DNA from: Octopus sinensis
Taxonomy: Eukaryota
Direction of reading: 5' to 3'
NCBI RefSeq assembly: GCF_006345805.1
Contig: NW_021833084.1
Coordinates: forward strand, 1-58,503
Length of the DNA: 58,503 bases
The translations under genes and the position numbers were made by a program. Below are positions 25,251-39,859 of the stretch, piece after piece. How positions within the stretch are numbered: the first letter of the stretch is position 1; each line of letters begins with the position of its first letter. The notes under the pieces are model-generated. The model was not told the DNA's origin and did no database searches. It saw only the letters and a program-made list of their open reading frames with translations.

Positions 25251-27182
25251 ATTCATTTATATATATATATATATATCCGTGTATATATACGTATGTATGT
25301 ATATATATACATATGCATACTACATACATGTATATGCTTACATACATGTATTCAAATGCATACCTATATATATATACACACATACATATTGGTGCAGAAG
25401 CACAAAGCGATAAACTGCTGCATACGTTGTAGGCTGTCACTATTTGGTCGGCGTCAAACGTCAAACTCGTACTTGACCTAACTCACCTTAAATCATCGCT
25501 AACTTCTGTGTAAACCTTCTTTTGATCCGCCGTGTTAGGTATAAAAAAAATGCAGCCATGTTGTTTCTGAAAACAAAATGTGGACCTTAGAGACCCTTTT
25601 CTTTCCCTCTTTTCGCTTCGTTTTTTTCTTTTTATTTTTCCCTTTTTACAGCTGTAGGTTTTCCTTTAACATTTATTTTATCTTCATAAAATTTCCTTTG
25701 ACCTAGTCTTCCATTGTTATATATATATACATACACATTTTACTGTGTTTTTTTTTTGTCTGCTAAATGTTTTCCTTATTTTGTGTCTTTCGTGGAATCT
25801 GAACAAAACTTTTCTAATTCTTTCCTTCGCCATATTTGCTTATTTATTTTTTCACTCTCTTCCATTTTATATTTCTTTCACTTGTCGCCTCCATCAATGC
25901 CTCATGATAACTCGGACGTAGGAAATCAATAATTTTTCCATCCATGTCTTACATTATTTAGTATATCGTGTGTTACTTCATCCAACGAATCCCCACTTTA
26001 AAACAACACAGTGTACTTTGACGGAAGTGTGTCTGTTTTTTCTAATAATATGAATAACCAAGAAACCTCCAAGTTCGATTTCAAACTTATTTTCATAATT
26101 AATTAAAATTGAGTCATTAAATAAAATTTTTTAAAAATTGGGAGAGAATTTGTTTATGAAAACAGATTTATTATTTTAAAAATGTTGAATAGCTTATGTT
26201 TCGTAAATAAAATTTTAAAATCAAATTTGGTGCTCGTGGAACATCCCAACTGATTTCAAAGAATCCCAGCATCACAGGAACGCACTTTGAGAAACTGTGC
26301 CGCAACCGATCGATAAGTGACGCAGTCAGATTTAGGAGAATGTAGGACTTTATCCGTTGCTGTATTTAGTTTCATCTTTTATTCACTTCGTATGGAAGTC
26401 ATACTCGTGTCTCGGGATCGATGAAAAGAAGTACGAATCAAATACTGGTCAGATGATTAAATCGTTTCAGTTCAATCTCTTATATTTACGTCTTATTCAC
26501 CCGGAGCTCTTGTTTTTTTCTATCTTCAACTCATTCCTTGTTTTTCTTCTATCTTTTTGCCATTCATTCACACATCTTTAAAGGACCTCACTCTTTCATA
26601 CCATTGAGTGAAAGGAGAAGTTCGTCTGTCTTCATGCCAGTATACTGAATTCATTCTGCAACTGAACTCACGCCGGAGTGTGCTTAATAGCGTTATTCGT
26701 AATAAATACATTGATCAGAAATTCAGGTTAAAACAGCGTCAAGCATTGACATTTACTTAACTGGCTGGTTGCTGACAGATTTTTCTCATCTGAAAGAATT
26801 TTATACTATATATGCTGTTCAATCAGTAGTTACGCGTTGAAAAATATATCTTTCTACTTGTATTAAATGGTATACTTGAAATGATTATTTGCTATAAAAA
26901 ACTGAAGGCCATTATTTTTTTTTATTTAATAATCAATATTTATAAGTTTAGTTGGGTTGGCACTGCCTACCTTACTGCTTGATGACATGTCTCGAGTTCA
27001 TACATCTTTGCGTATTTACGTAAGTATGTATGCGTTTGTATATGTGTCTATCTCTCCCTGTTGCCCTCTCTTCCAATACGTATAAGTCACTTAGCACTGT
27101 TATTACACACATACTATGTACACACATAATATATATTCATATCTGTATGTCTGTGCGTATACATACATACATACAGACATAC

Positions 27183-27268
<86 letters not shown>

Positions 27269-27305
27269 CATACATAATATATATACACACACACCACACA
27301 CACAT

Positions 27306-27353
<48 letters not shown>

Positions 27354-27359
27354 CATATA

Positions 27360-27740
27360 GTGGTTCAGTCCCACTGTGTGGCATCTTGGGCAAGTGTCTT
27401 CTGCTATAGCCCCGGGCCGACAATGCCTTGTGAGTGGATTTGGTAGACGGAAACTGAAAGAAGCCTGTCGTATATATGTATAATATATATATTATATATA
27501 TATATTATATATATATTAGTATGTGTGTGTATGTTTGTGTGTCTGTGTTTGTTCCCCCTAGCATTGCTTGACAAGCGATGCTGGTGTGTTTATGTCCCCG
27601 TCACTTAGCGGTTCGACAAAAGAGACCGATAGAATAAGTACTGAGCTTACAAAGAATAAGTCCCGGGGTCGATTTGCTCGACTAAAGGCAGTGCTCCAGC
27701 ATGGCCGCAGTCAAATGACTGAAACAAGTAAAAGAGAAAG
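27360..27740 (+). mobile_element. SINE family A, young, slightly 5'-truncated
   Basis: ggttcagtcccactgtgtggcatcttgggcaag..ggtagacggaaactgaaagaag, then (TA)n, then an intact 3' half ending cagcatggccgcagtcaaatgactgaaacaagtaaaagag. Confidence 0.9.
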
Positions 27741-27874
27741 ATATATATATACATATATACGCACACATACATACAAATATACTTGTGTACATATAGATAT
27801 GTTACGGATATGCTCTCACAGACACGTCCTCAGGCAACAATACATAGACACACACTCATATACATACGCGTGTA

Positions 27875-27912
<38 letters not shown>

Positions 27913-29524
27913 AATGAATGTTTTTATATATAATGAACGTGAAATACAGGAAGGGACGAACACGGAACACAGACAAATCATTCGAAAGATAGATAGATAG
28001 ATAGATATATTTATATGTGTACTTCACACACATACAGATCTATGTATAATTACATTGATGCCTCGGCACACCTATAAGGATATGCGTGGGTGAATGAAGT
28101 TAAATGGAGTAGAAATCAGAAGCAAACAGTCTCTCACGTCAAAATGAGGCAACTCTTAGAGGTGGTGGTGGTGGTGGTTGGCACACCCTCAGTAACCTGT
28201 ACATGGAATAGCGATAAAACCCCCTCCTTTATCCTCGCTAACGTCGTCGTCGTCCTGTCACCAGACGCCACTATTTGTAAAAGCAACCCCAAGCGGCCAG
28301 TTTGTTCTGATTTATTCTGTTTTCCATTTTATGTTCTTTTGTTTATTTATTTGGTGGTGTAGTGAGTGGAGTGGATGATGCCAACGTACAGTGTATACTG
28401 CTTCTATGTATGTATGTACGTATGTATGTATGTATGTATGTATGTATGTATGTATGTATGTATGTATGTATGTATGTATGTATGTATGTATGTATGTGTG
28501 TATGTATGTATTATCTATCTATCTGTCTGTCTGTCTGTGTCTCGCTCTTTATGTATGTGTGTATGTATGTATTATCTATCTATCTGTCTGTGTCTCGCTC
28601 TTTATGTATGTGTGTGTGGCCGTTAGTCTCTCTCTCCCACAATCCTTTTTTATTCTGTCACTATCTTTCTATCACTCTCACCTATTGCGCACGCGTGTGT
28701 GTCTGTCTCTGTGTCTCCATCCTGTCTCTTACCTGCCATCTTTTTCATTTCTTTCCATTATCTCCTCTTTGTCTTTCTTTTCTATCTTGCTTTTCCTATC
28801 TGCACCATCTCTCTCTCACTGTCACTCTATAACATCCGACCTAACCCCTAATTCTCCCTCTCTGCCTCTATCACTCTGCTAGTTCTAACCTCCCCCTTTC
28901 TTTGCCTCCTCCTCTCTCTGTGCTTCTCCCCTTTCTGTATATATCTAATCATAACAGTGATACGCTCGGTGACAAGAAACGCTCCATGATTTGCCGTCCG
29001 CCATGTGTAAAAAGGAAAAGAAATGTTGGACAAGCAAATTACTTGTTTATTTTATGATTAGGGAAGCCCTATAGACATTGTTGTGACAAATGAATGGTTT
29101 GCTAGAAGGAGAAGGGGGAGGATAGGGGAATTATCACGGAGAGAGGAGATCTGTCGTGCTGCGTGAAAAGCAGTAGGTGTAATGATGTGGGTAGGGTGTG
29201 ACCAGCATTGGAGAGGACGAGGTGAAGAAAAGGCAAGAAAGCTGAAGCGATACAGCAGTGAAATGAAGCAAATACCGCCAGACAACCTGTCGGAAAGATG
29301 AGGAGGCAACAATAGAATCTTGACTGTTAGAAATATTAATCAAATCCTCCTCAAATCGCCACAAAGCGTTTTCGAAAAGGAAGGTCATATGGGATAGTGT
29401 AGTTCTCTACATTCAGAAAAGCCGATGGTCAAGGATGGACAATCTCCCATCACAAGAATTGGGGCATAAGGTTTAACTTTCGATTAAACATCAACAACCA
29501 GCTTTCAGCATGTAATGGCAGAAA

Positions 29525-29720
29525 TGAGATTGCTGTTGTTGCTATTTAGTCCAGGTCAGCCCTAATCCACCAGAGTAATAATCAAGGACGTTCAAGCCAT
29601 GAAGATTCTATCGTGTTCAGAAAAAAAAAAAAAAGCCTCCAGCGTTTCTTATTTCAAAGATGGCAGGTTATTGTGTAGGAGAGATTTAACTGCTATTTAA
29701 GTAGGTTTAGTGAGCACAGG
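29525..29720 (-). mobile_element. SINE-like family B
   Basis: gttgttgctatttagtccaggtcagccct..atcaaggacgttcaagccatg..gagatttaactgctattt is the reverse of the family B skeleton. Confidence 0.6.
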
Positions 29721-29788
29721 GAGGTTTTGTTTAACCCATGACTCTCGTACCTTTGGTTTTATCGTATTTATTATATATTATAGATATG

Positions 29789-29834
<46 letters not shown>

Positions 29835-30655
29835 AATACGATAAAACCATATATAACATATATAACTCACCGCACGCACACGCACATATCACACACAGAC
29901 ACACGCACGCACACGCACATATACACACACGCACACACATGCACACAAGGTTTATAACCTAAGAGTATGAAGTATCAAGAAAAAGTGCCAAATCCAATCA
30001 GTTCAGACTTTAATCATGTGTAGTTTCTTCAGTCAGTCCCAGAGGATCAAGTATTTTATTTAGACGAGGAGGAATATATAGACGTTTCCTCAAAACAAAT
30101 GGGCAACGAAAATCTATTTCGTTTATAACAATCATTAATCAGGTGACGTGGTTAGATTAGCAACAAAAATATATAACTGCCCACAATGTTCACTGCAAAT
30201 TTGTCGCGGGTATTTTGATGTGGCTGAACTAGCTACCTCCCCCTCCTCCTCCTTGACAGGCACAATGTTAGCGCATCAGACAAATTGTTTAGTGGCATTT
30301 CTTCCAGCATTTCACTTTCACTTTCGACTATGCCTTACATGTTTTCAGGGTTGGTTATATAAATACTAGTTGAGCACTGGGTTCAATATAATCGACTGTC
30401 AAACCCACATTCCAAAATTTTAGGTCTGGTATTTATAGAAGAAAGAATTACTGTTATCATGGATTTGGTGAATGATTTGAGCATTCCTGAGTTTTACGTT
30501 CTGAGTTCAAATCCGGCAGAGCTCAATGTTGCTTTCATCTCTCTTGTCATCAATAAACCACCACCACCACCACCACCACCACCACTACTACTACTACTAC
30601 TACAACTACTACTAGCTGGCTTCAGTCAGAATATATATATAGTTGAAATTTATAG

Positions 30656-30805
30656 AAAAACAAAAGATGAAGACACAATTATGAACAAGAAGCAAGTGTA
30701 TTAGTTTGACGCTTGGGAAAATGAAAAAGTCTTTTACGTTTCGAGCCTACGCTCTTCAACAGAAAGGAATACGAGGAAAATAAACAGAGAGAGAATAAAA
30801 AATAA
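30656..30805 (-). mobile_element. Short hammerhead-bearing repeat, family P (Penelope/retrozyme-like), copy 1
   Basis: Shares tattagtt..acgct..gaa..cttt.acgtttcgagcctacgctcttc..cagaaag with copies at 40207, 50548 and 55841. Confidence 0.75.
30731..30766 (-). ncRNA. Minimal type I hammerhead-like motif, A6U core variant
   Basis: rc = cttt CUGUUGA A GAGC-GUAG-GCUC GAAAC GU A aaag. Stem I is cttt/aaag, stem II is 4 bp, and stem III (ACGU) is loopless and palindromic. Confidence 0.6.
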
Positions 30806-31237
30806 ACTTTTGGATTATATATATATAATATATTATATATAGTATAATGCATTATATTTATAATATATTCAATGACCTACCACATTCATAGTTACAGTCC
30901 TTTTGTTCTCGTGAAGAATTTTCACAGTGAAACCTCAAGTGTTATCAATGACAAAAAGAAACTCCTATCAGCACTTTGAAGAGATTCTAACGTTCAGTGC
31001 GAGGTCGAGTAGTTTTCAGGAACTGAAGCGGTAATGTCAAAATGAAATTTAAAAAGATCCAGAACAGCTAGTGGCAAGAAAAATGACAAGAAAAAGTCAA
31101 AGAACTTGAAAACTACGAGATACAGATACACGACACCTGCACTACATACTTCCATGTTAAATATTTAGTGAACAGCGATGTGAAAGAATTGAACATCTGA
31201 CACAAAGAAGCGCGCGCACACATACACTCAGACATAT

Positions 31238-31274
<37 letters not shown>

Positions 31275-31667
31275 TAGGGATGTAGGTTGTGAGGATGGGG
31301 CTTAGATGCCGTTTTAGATTTTTTTTTTTGCTATATATACGTTGATTGTTCTGTTATGTTTTCATTAAACACTTTTTAAACATGTTTTCCTTCCGCCTTC
31401 CTGACATGTTTATCTATTTAGTCCTCTACACCCCCCGCTGTTTCACACTCACCAGTCGCTACATCCTGGAACTGAATGTGTCACTCGTACATCAATGCAC
31501 ACAAAATTCTTGTTAATAGCACAGCCATGATAAATATGGCAAGGTGAGTGTCACAAGATTCTGCTCCATATTTGATTAGATAACTCACGGATTCTCATTT
31601 CAAACGACGATTGACGTCGTCTCATTTACTGAATCCCTGAATAAAATATATACTCTAACCCAATAAA

Positions 31668-31850
31668 GGGACCTCCTGTTGCTCACCTGCTCAACATAAT
31701 AGCAACACCCTACCTCGAATCAGATACTGCCTATACTTTGAACGTAGTCCTAGATATGTAAGAAGAGATGGTCACGGCTAGAACATATTTGGTTATAGGT
31801 TTGGTTGATCTTGGCTGACCCATGAATGCAACATTACTCGCTCAGATTAT
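31668..31850 (+). mobile_element. SINE-like family B, decayed
   Basis: gacctcctgttgctcacctgctcaacataatagcaac..gatggtcacggctagaacatattt..ttgatcttggctgaccc. Confidence 0.55.
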
Positions 31851-31945
31851 CTTGAATCAGTGATACTCAAAGTGAGAAACTCTGAGTAACATCAAAATCT
31901 GTTAAAAGCTTTCGACCGGGATAAACACTGCTTAACAGAATGTTT

Positions 31946-31966
31946 CCCCCGTTTTACACACACACA

Positions 31967-32049
<83 letters not shown>
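31946..32049. repeat. (CA)n microsatellite, about 100 bp
   Basis: Direct reading. One of many (CA/TG)n, (TA)n, (GA)n, (TATC)n, (TATG)n and (AAT)n tracts in the window. Confidence 0.95.
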
Positions 32050-32050
<1 letters not shown>

Positions 32051-32619
32051 TCCCTCTTTTCTTCTATAGTAAGTCTTGTCTTCTTTTTATTCTCCCCACC
32101 ATTCTATTATGTTTTCTTTTTTCCAAAATTGTTCCTTTTACGGAGTGGAGTATACCCCACTCCCAATACCCAATTCCCCACCCCCTTAACGATACCCGGT
32201 GTTGGATGGGGGTTTGTTGTTTTTCTTATAAATTACACCAAGCATTTTGAACCATCAGTCATCATTTTTCCCCTTGATCCCACTCACTAAACAAACTGAC
32301 CCCAGAGTAAAGAGAAAAATCAGAAGCCCTGAAAAACATAAAATAAAGCAAAAAGGGTCCATCCATCCTTTGTGGTCCCCAAGGGACTGAAGAATAGGGA
32401 AGAAAGGAAAAGAAAACACCTCAGGTCACTCATAAATAAGGTTATCTTTTTTGTGTTTTGCTTTCGTTTATTAGTATTACAAATGAAATAGAAAAAATAA
32501 ATAATTAAAATTGTGTGTATATATATATGTATGCATATCTGTCTGTCTGTCTGTCAGTCTATCTCTCTCTCTCTCTCTCTCTGTCTCTCTGTCTCTCTCT
32601 CTGTCTCTCTCTCTCTCTG

Positions 32620-32654
<35 letters not shown>

Positions 32655-32732
32655 GTGTATATAAATATATACATATATAAAAATACACATATACATACAC
32701 ACATACACATTTTATTTTGGAGAGTTCATGTT

Positions 32733-32885
32733 TAGCCCTAGGTCATCTCCAGCCGGGTACGTCTATGCTTAAAATCATTCCTTTACGTTCAATTTCTGGC
32801 CATTCCATTTATATTCTATCCAAGACTAAATATATGGTTGAGGGAGATTTAGTTATTTCTAGTAGTTCTGCTGACCACATAGAGG
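32733..32885 (-). mobile_element. SINE-like family B
   Basis: tgtttagccctaggtcatctcc..gggagatttagttatttctagtagttctgctgacc. Confidence 0.55.
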
Positions 32886-33771
32886 TATACTGTTTGTGCA
32901 GTTACCTGTTACTGGAAGGGCTGTTTTGTATTTCATATGTACATATGTGTGTATGTCTGTGTAATCATGAATGTATATGTACATATGCATGTGTGTGCTT
33001 GTATGTATATACGTATATATATATGAATGTATGTATGTATGGATGGACGGATGGATCTGCGTGTAATGTGTGTATGAGTGTGTATGTACGTACGTATGTG
33101 TGTTTGTGTGTGTATATATAGGTATGTGTAGATACAAAGTATCTAATGTTTGTGTATGTGTCTGTATGAAATACTTGCTCAGTTGTTTCCTATTAATTCT
33201 ACACCTGATCTATCTGTACATATTCGTCTCAACTTCTCCAAGCGATTTTCCTTTGTCCAACCTTTTGAGCGTCAGACTAAATTAATTTCCTTGATAATTA
33301 TTACATTGATTCTTCCCTTGATAATATTCCTACTACTTTTTACTAAAAATGCTTTTCTTAAATCTCTTCTGTTCTCTTTAAATCCTCCAACAAATGCTAA
33401 ACTCAGTCTTGGCCTATATTATTTGTTCCTGTTTGCAAAAGCTTTGATGAATATCCTGATCCTTGTAGGCTTTGTCCTATCAACATTCTTTTAAAAATTA
33501 GTAAGATTTTAAAGTTTTTGATGAAAAATGTTTCGATCCGATGCGTTTCTGGGTATTCTTGCTGGAATGGGAAATTTCTTTGTCTGATAGGGAGAAAATA
33601 CTATGTAATTTTATAGATACTTACTCTACTAATACTTACATATGTACATTAATTCTTACATACATACTATATAAATGAATGTATAAATAAAAAGAAGGGT
33701 GATGTGTATGTATTTACATATGCAAACACATCACTCAGTTTGGCTAAGAAAGAATCTTTAGAAGCCTGTGA

Positions 33772-33945
33772 AGGAAACTCTTGACAATGACTCATCCTGC
33801 TAGAACTAGCGACCTAAACTCCATCAAATCACTACCTGCCATCTTAAACCAGAAGCGACATACTGGATAACGTATTCCCGGATGCTTTATGTTCGATCAA
33901 GAATGAAATGGTTACGGCTTGAATACATTTGATAAAAGTTTGAAT
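33772..33945 (+). mobile_element. SINE-like family B
   Basis: tcatcctgctagaactagcgacctaaactc..catcttaaa..gaatgaaatggttacggcttgaatacatttgataaaag. Confidence 0.55.
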
Positions 33946-34791
33946 GGTTCAAGACGGAGAAGTTCAGCATTGAATTTCTCTGCAGCAAGCATTTACACCA
34001 GACCATTTCCACTTACATTTATCTATCTCTGTAAACGGATGTTCAGGCTGGGCATCAAATATATCAATAGTACAGTTGTAGAAGACTACGAAGGTTAAGG
34101 TCCTCAACTCGCCCATCTAAAGAAAACAAGCTTATAAACCGTATCGTTATCAGATTCCGGCTCTGTGTACTAAGTTAAGACTTGGCACCCTCCATATGCA
34201 TGATAAAGGGTGCTGTACTCGATGACGTAATCAAAATATTCTCAATTAATTTTATTTAATTTCTGAGATAGAAAAAAGGAAATATAAATCGAGCAAAAAT
34301 TGTTAATGACTCACAACGTAAGGGGAGATCATTTCAAGCACGAAATTGCACGAAATTCATATTTACACTAAGGAAGAAAATGTGATCTCAGTTTGCAGGT
34401 ATGAGGCCAGATATAAGTTCCGATGAACTTGTTCTATGCGTGTGTAGTTACATCATCTAAAATGTACGTACGTTTAGGGTATGTATGTAAATTATGTATA
34501 CATGTACGTATTTATGTATGCAGAAACTTATGATACACACATCACGTGTGTTAGCCGTTTTACGGTCTATGAACTGACTGAGATGTGCACCTGGGTTTTA
34601 GTTTAAACAGTGAAAAGAATATGAGTTTTGTAGCTTTCTCGAACATGCTTGTTCAGTCTGTCATGGTTGGAAGGAAATTTACTCCATTTTTTTTACAAGG
34701 TCTTGGCTGCAGTTCAAACGCTTCACTATTCATCATATTCTGACATACATAAAACGTATATGCATGCGCATATAAACTTAAAATTTATGTA

Positions 34792-34823
<32 letters not shown>

Positions 34824-35016
34824 CATACATATACACACACACACGCACACACACACACACACACACATAAATATATATACATATTTAAAGAATGTTTTAT
34901 AGAAATTCTTATCAGTTGCTAACACGTATGTTTGGATTATTAGATACTTAAGAATTTTTTCAGCGAATATTTCAGTTAAGTTATAAGATAATGAAAGAAA
35001 ATCACGCGCGCGTGCG

Positions 35017-35053
<37 letters not shown>

Positions 35054-35317
35054 ACACACACGTGCGCACACACATGCACACACACACACATCAGTGCTTT
35101 TGAAGTGTGTAAATAGATTTGCTTCATTTTATTGAAAGAACGTGAGAGAGATAGAAGAATGAAGGAGTAAAGGTAGCAGAGATTCCCTTCGTATTTTCAT
35201 CACTGAACCTCCCCTCTCTTCGATATATGATAAACGCATGTTCACACACACACACACACATGCATATATATACATATGTGTATGCTGGTATGTATGTATG
35301 TGTGCTTGTGCATACGT

Positions 35318-35350
<33 letters not shown>

Positions 35351-36180
35351 AGAGAAAGAGAGAAAGCGCTAGGGAATTGGTTTGGGGGTTAAAAATGCAC
35401 CTCCGTCTTAAAATGTATTGTAGTTTGTATAAAAGATTTTTTTTTTTAGAAAATCATTAAAATACCATACCTATGTCAAGAAATTCTTTTTCTTGGCTTT
35501 CAATGGTAAATAAATACTTTGAAGATTTACAAAAAAGATAATGTACACACACACACACGTGCACGTGCACACACACACGTGCACGTGCACACACACAAAA
35601 AAATTATACACTCAATAGATTTCATAGTTAAATTCGTTGTTGGTGTAACCATCTGATGAACAAGCTTTATTTGTATAAATTTGTGGAAAATACAATTGTG
35701 TTATATAACAATGAGCATCAATATCAATGTAAACAGGTATAATTCCTTCCAAAGTTTAAAATATGGAAACGTCTACTCCTTATAACGATATGCAAGAAAC
35801 ACGAGGCCACCGAGACACTTTGTGTGTATGTGTGTGCCCCTGTCTGTTCATATGTATAAATGTAATGTGTCTCTGTGTGTGCATATGTATGTGTGTGTAC
35901 GTGTGTATGTGTGTATGTGTACGTGTATGTGTGCGCGAGCGTGCGGGTAGCTGTGTCTTTTAGCTTCTGTACTTTGTATCGTCAACACTATCCTAGTTTC
36001 AAATCGTCTTACTGGCGAAAAATCACACCAGAACATCTTGTGGACTACAAAGCAGTTAAACGCTGCTGCTTGCACATTCATACATACAGTTTAATTATAT
36101 CTGTTTGTGCTCGTGAACTTATTTACTTTAATTATTGAAGTATTCATTGAGTATGTGCGACTACATCTATCTATCTGTCA

Positions 36181-36255
<75 letters not shown>

Positions 36256-36259
<4 letters not shown>

Positions 36260-39203
36260 GACGTCTTTCTTTCGACGTCTAGAAGTATTCCTGGGAACGT
36301 CTCGTCCTTTATTTTTAGTGGGGGATTGGAATGCTACCTTGGACACGCATCTAGACTATGTGGGGAGAGACAAAAACAGAAGGGGATGCAAATGCCTCAG
36401 AGACCTGCTCAGACGATTCCAACTGTCTGACAGGTACCGACTCGACCACCCAAATGCACCAACGTGGACATGGAGCAACCGCAGTGGGTCGTCGAGATCG
36501 TATCTAGATAGGATACTGTGTAGGACAGTAGACAAGGATAACTTAGGATGTCCACAATTCCACACAGTCAGCTACACGGATCACGAATTCGTGACGTGTA
36601 CGCTAGACTTAGATAAGGCACATAGACAGGGTCCTGGTTACTGGAAACTGAACGCATCATTCCCGTCCAGACAAGTTTTCAGAGACAGAATCAACACGTT
36701 AGTAAAAAGGGCTTTAACGGGAACCATTGTCAACAACAAATGGTGGTTCGCCCTCAAGAGAGCAGTAAAAGCGGAAGCAATAAGATATAGCAAGCCGTAG
36801 ATAGAAATAGAGTAGAGGGTGAGTTAGTTAAGAAGTTAGAAGAGGCAATAAGAAGCGGCATCACACCCGACGTTTTGGCAGCAAGGTTGGCCCTTGACTA
36901 ACACTTCAACGCCAAACACGAAGGGTGTGCTGTCAGGGCTAGGATGCGTGCTCTAAGGATGGAAGGTGTTGGAGCCGCGAGGGAGGCCCGGGTGGCGGAG
37001 GCGCAGCAGGGCAACAAAGCCACCATTCGGTCTCTGGTAGATGAACAAGGGCGCGAATTGCTCGAGCCCAGCAAGATGTGCGAGACATTTCAGCGGCACT
37101 TTGCCCGTCTGTACGGGACGAGTGGTGAGCGTGAACGCAGGGTGGACTTCAGTGCCTACCTGCACAGCCTACCACGACTCTCGGAAAGAGAGGCAGAGTG
37201 CTGCGAAGGTGCCATCACGGCGGCGGATGTGCGGGACGCGATGGCAGAATGCTTGAGAGACAAATCGCCGGGTTTGGATGGTCTGCCCTACGAGTTTTAC
37301 AATTGTATGCCAGACTTGTTTGGAGACGTCTTGGCAGTGGTATACTGCAACTGGCAGCAAAACGGGAGCATACCCGGTTTTGTGCGTCGAGGAGCTGTAA
37401 CACTGCTGAAGAAAGATCCAAACAAGGAGAACATTATAGATAACTTTAGACCAATCACTCTGCTCAATGCAGACCTGAAAATTTTGACAAAGTTGTTAGC
37501 CAAGAGGTTGGCGCTTGTCATCGAGAAACTGGTCGACAACGCACAAACGTGCGCTGTGCCGGGCCGGAGCATCCATGACACCCTCCATCTGATGCGCTAC
37601 ATCATAGACAGGGTAGTTAACGAACCTGGGATGGGTGGGGCCCTGATCAACTTGGATCAATCGAGAGCCTTCGATAGGGTAGACCATCGATACTTGGAGG
37701 CAGTCCTGAGAGCGGCTGGTTTCGGTCCCGTCTTCCGCGGCTGGATAGCTGCCTTGTACAGAGGCATCCGTTCGGTAATTCGCGTAAATGGACATCTATC
37801 GAGACCTTTCGACATTGCACGTTCGGTCCGTCAGGGATGCCCCCTCTCGGCGCTTCTATACGTATTGACTCTTGAGCCACTACTGCGAAAGCTGGCGACT
37901 CTGAGGGGCATCCCGCGAGAATTGGGACGCGGGACGAGCGTGTCTGCATACGCGGACGACGTCACCGTCATAGTGTCAAGCCACGAGCACATCGAGCGGG
38001 TCGGCGAGACACTGAAAGACTACGAAGCGGTGACAGGAGCAAAAATCAACCGGGAAAAGTCAGTGGGCTTGCGGCTCGGCACCTGGAGAAGCAAGCCCAT
38101 GCCGTCCACCAGTACCTCCGTCGTTGGACGCTGAACAGACGTCCCGGTTGAGTTGCTCGGGGTCTGGTTTGGTCCGGACCTCCAAATGGAGAAGAACTGG
38201 AACGAGATAACGAGTAGGGTGGTCACTCTCGCCCAGCAATGGGCCGAGAGGAAACTGTCCCTAAAAGGTCACGCGGAGGTGGCGAACACGTACATCGCGT
38301 CCATCATCTACTACCGCCTGACCGTCGTACCTTGTCCCGACCCTACCATCACCAAACTAGAACCCATTCTCTTCCGCTTCTTGTGGAAAGGATACGTCCC
38401 GATGGTCAGGCGATCCATTTGCTGTCAACACCCGTTAAAAGGAGGGCTGGGCATGCTGTGGTTGATGATGCGCAGACACGCGCTGAGACTGCGACATCTC
38501 CGGCTCTATGTAGACGACGGTGAACAGGTGTGGTCGCCGTTTGTGAGGCACGCATTCCCGCAACTCGTCTCCATGACCGAACTGCAGTCGTGGATCAAAA
38601 AGAGGCCGAGGAAGGGCGAATGGCACCGCGAGTGTCGCGTTGCTCTCAAGCAACTCTGCCGTCCCGGGTCGACCTTGAGTGACTTCAACACAACCAAAGC
38701 ATTCTATAGGGGATTAGTGGAGGGGAGGTACGACGACGATCTCGGGGCAAACCTGGGCGTCGACGAGGAATACCTGACCCGCCTGTTTCAAACGACTTTC
38801 GGCCCGGGACCTATGGACAACTTCCAGATATCCCTTGCCTGGCGGTGCTACCGAGAAGCGCTACCCGTTCGGGATAAGCTCTATAGGCATGGCTCGAGAA
38901 ACACGAGGCCGACCTGCCCGAGATGCGGTCAGAGCGACGAAACCGCTCTGCACGCCATCGTGCAGTGTCCAGCAATTTCCGACCTGTGGGCTTATGTCAA
39001 ACAACTGCTGTCACGTGTGGTCGTGTCGGTTTATCAGCCGAGTCTATCGTTAATATCATCACGCCTCCTTCCTTTAAACGGGAAGGAAGAGCTATTTTTA
39101 TCATACTTGTGGCTATGGCGAAAGAATGTATCTGGTGGACGCGCCTGAAAGGATTAGAGACAAACACTTTCCTCTCTGGTCAATCTCTCATCAACTTCTT
39201 CAA
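36256..39203 (+). mobile_element. L1/Tx1-clade non-LTR retrotransposon, ORF2 pseudogene (APE endonuclease C-half, RT, C-terminal Cys/His motif), truncated at both ends
   Basis: APE motifs GDWN, SYLDR and TDH, then GPGYWKLN. RT motifs KSPGLDG, FRPITLLN.D.KI, LDQSRAFDRV, RQGCPLS and YADD. C-terminal CPRCGQSDETALHAIVQC. Lesions: frameshift at about 36795, TAA at 36899-36901, TGA at 38132-38134, frameshift at about 39020. Confidence 0.93.
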
Positions 39204-39669
39204 CTATCTATCTATCTATACACACACACACACACACACACATATTCAATATAGTTATACATACAGGAAGAGAGAGAGAGAGAGAGAGAATTTATATCAA
39301 TGTGAGTATATACATGCACTAAAAGAAATTGGAAGGTAGCTTGTTGCCAAAATGGCATGATTTGTAGTGAAGAATAATCAGTGTAGAACTGAAGGGAATT
39401 CCGTAGAATCTTTATTTCTCTATTTCCACTTCACTCACTTACTCTTTTTCTTACTCCGTCTCTAACACTTCATCTCCTCTTCCTCATTCCTTTTAATTCT
39501 CTCTATCTGTTTTCTCCATCTCTAACATGTTTCTAATGCTATTGACCAGTTTTGGTATGTTAATAAAGAGGAACCTACAAAAAAAAAAAAAAAGAATGAT
39601 TCTCGTTCATTGCCTTCTTAATCATACGTATACACTCACACATACACACACACCTGTGTCTATGTACCT

Positions 39670-39763
<94 letters not shown>

Positions 39764-39859
39764 TCAGAAATAATTAAGATTCATTTGAATAAGGTACTTA
39801 AGTCAAAGAACCAAGTCTGTCCTGTATTGTTCGCATAGCTCGAAATTAGGTGAATGAAA

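Noticed and set aside
36135-39339. Tx1 ORFs as an intact RT gene or domesticated host gene
   Set aside because: Two in-frame stops and two frameshifts, and both ends are missing. The single-base phase slips in many (TA)n tracts suggest long-read indel errors, so the frameshifts could be artefacts, but the substitution stops would remain.
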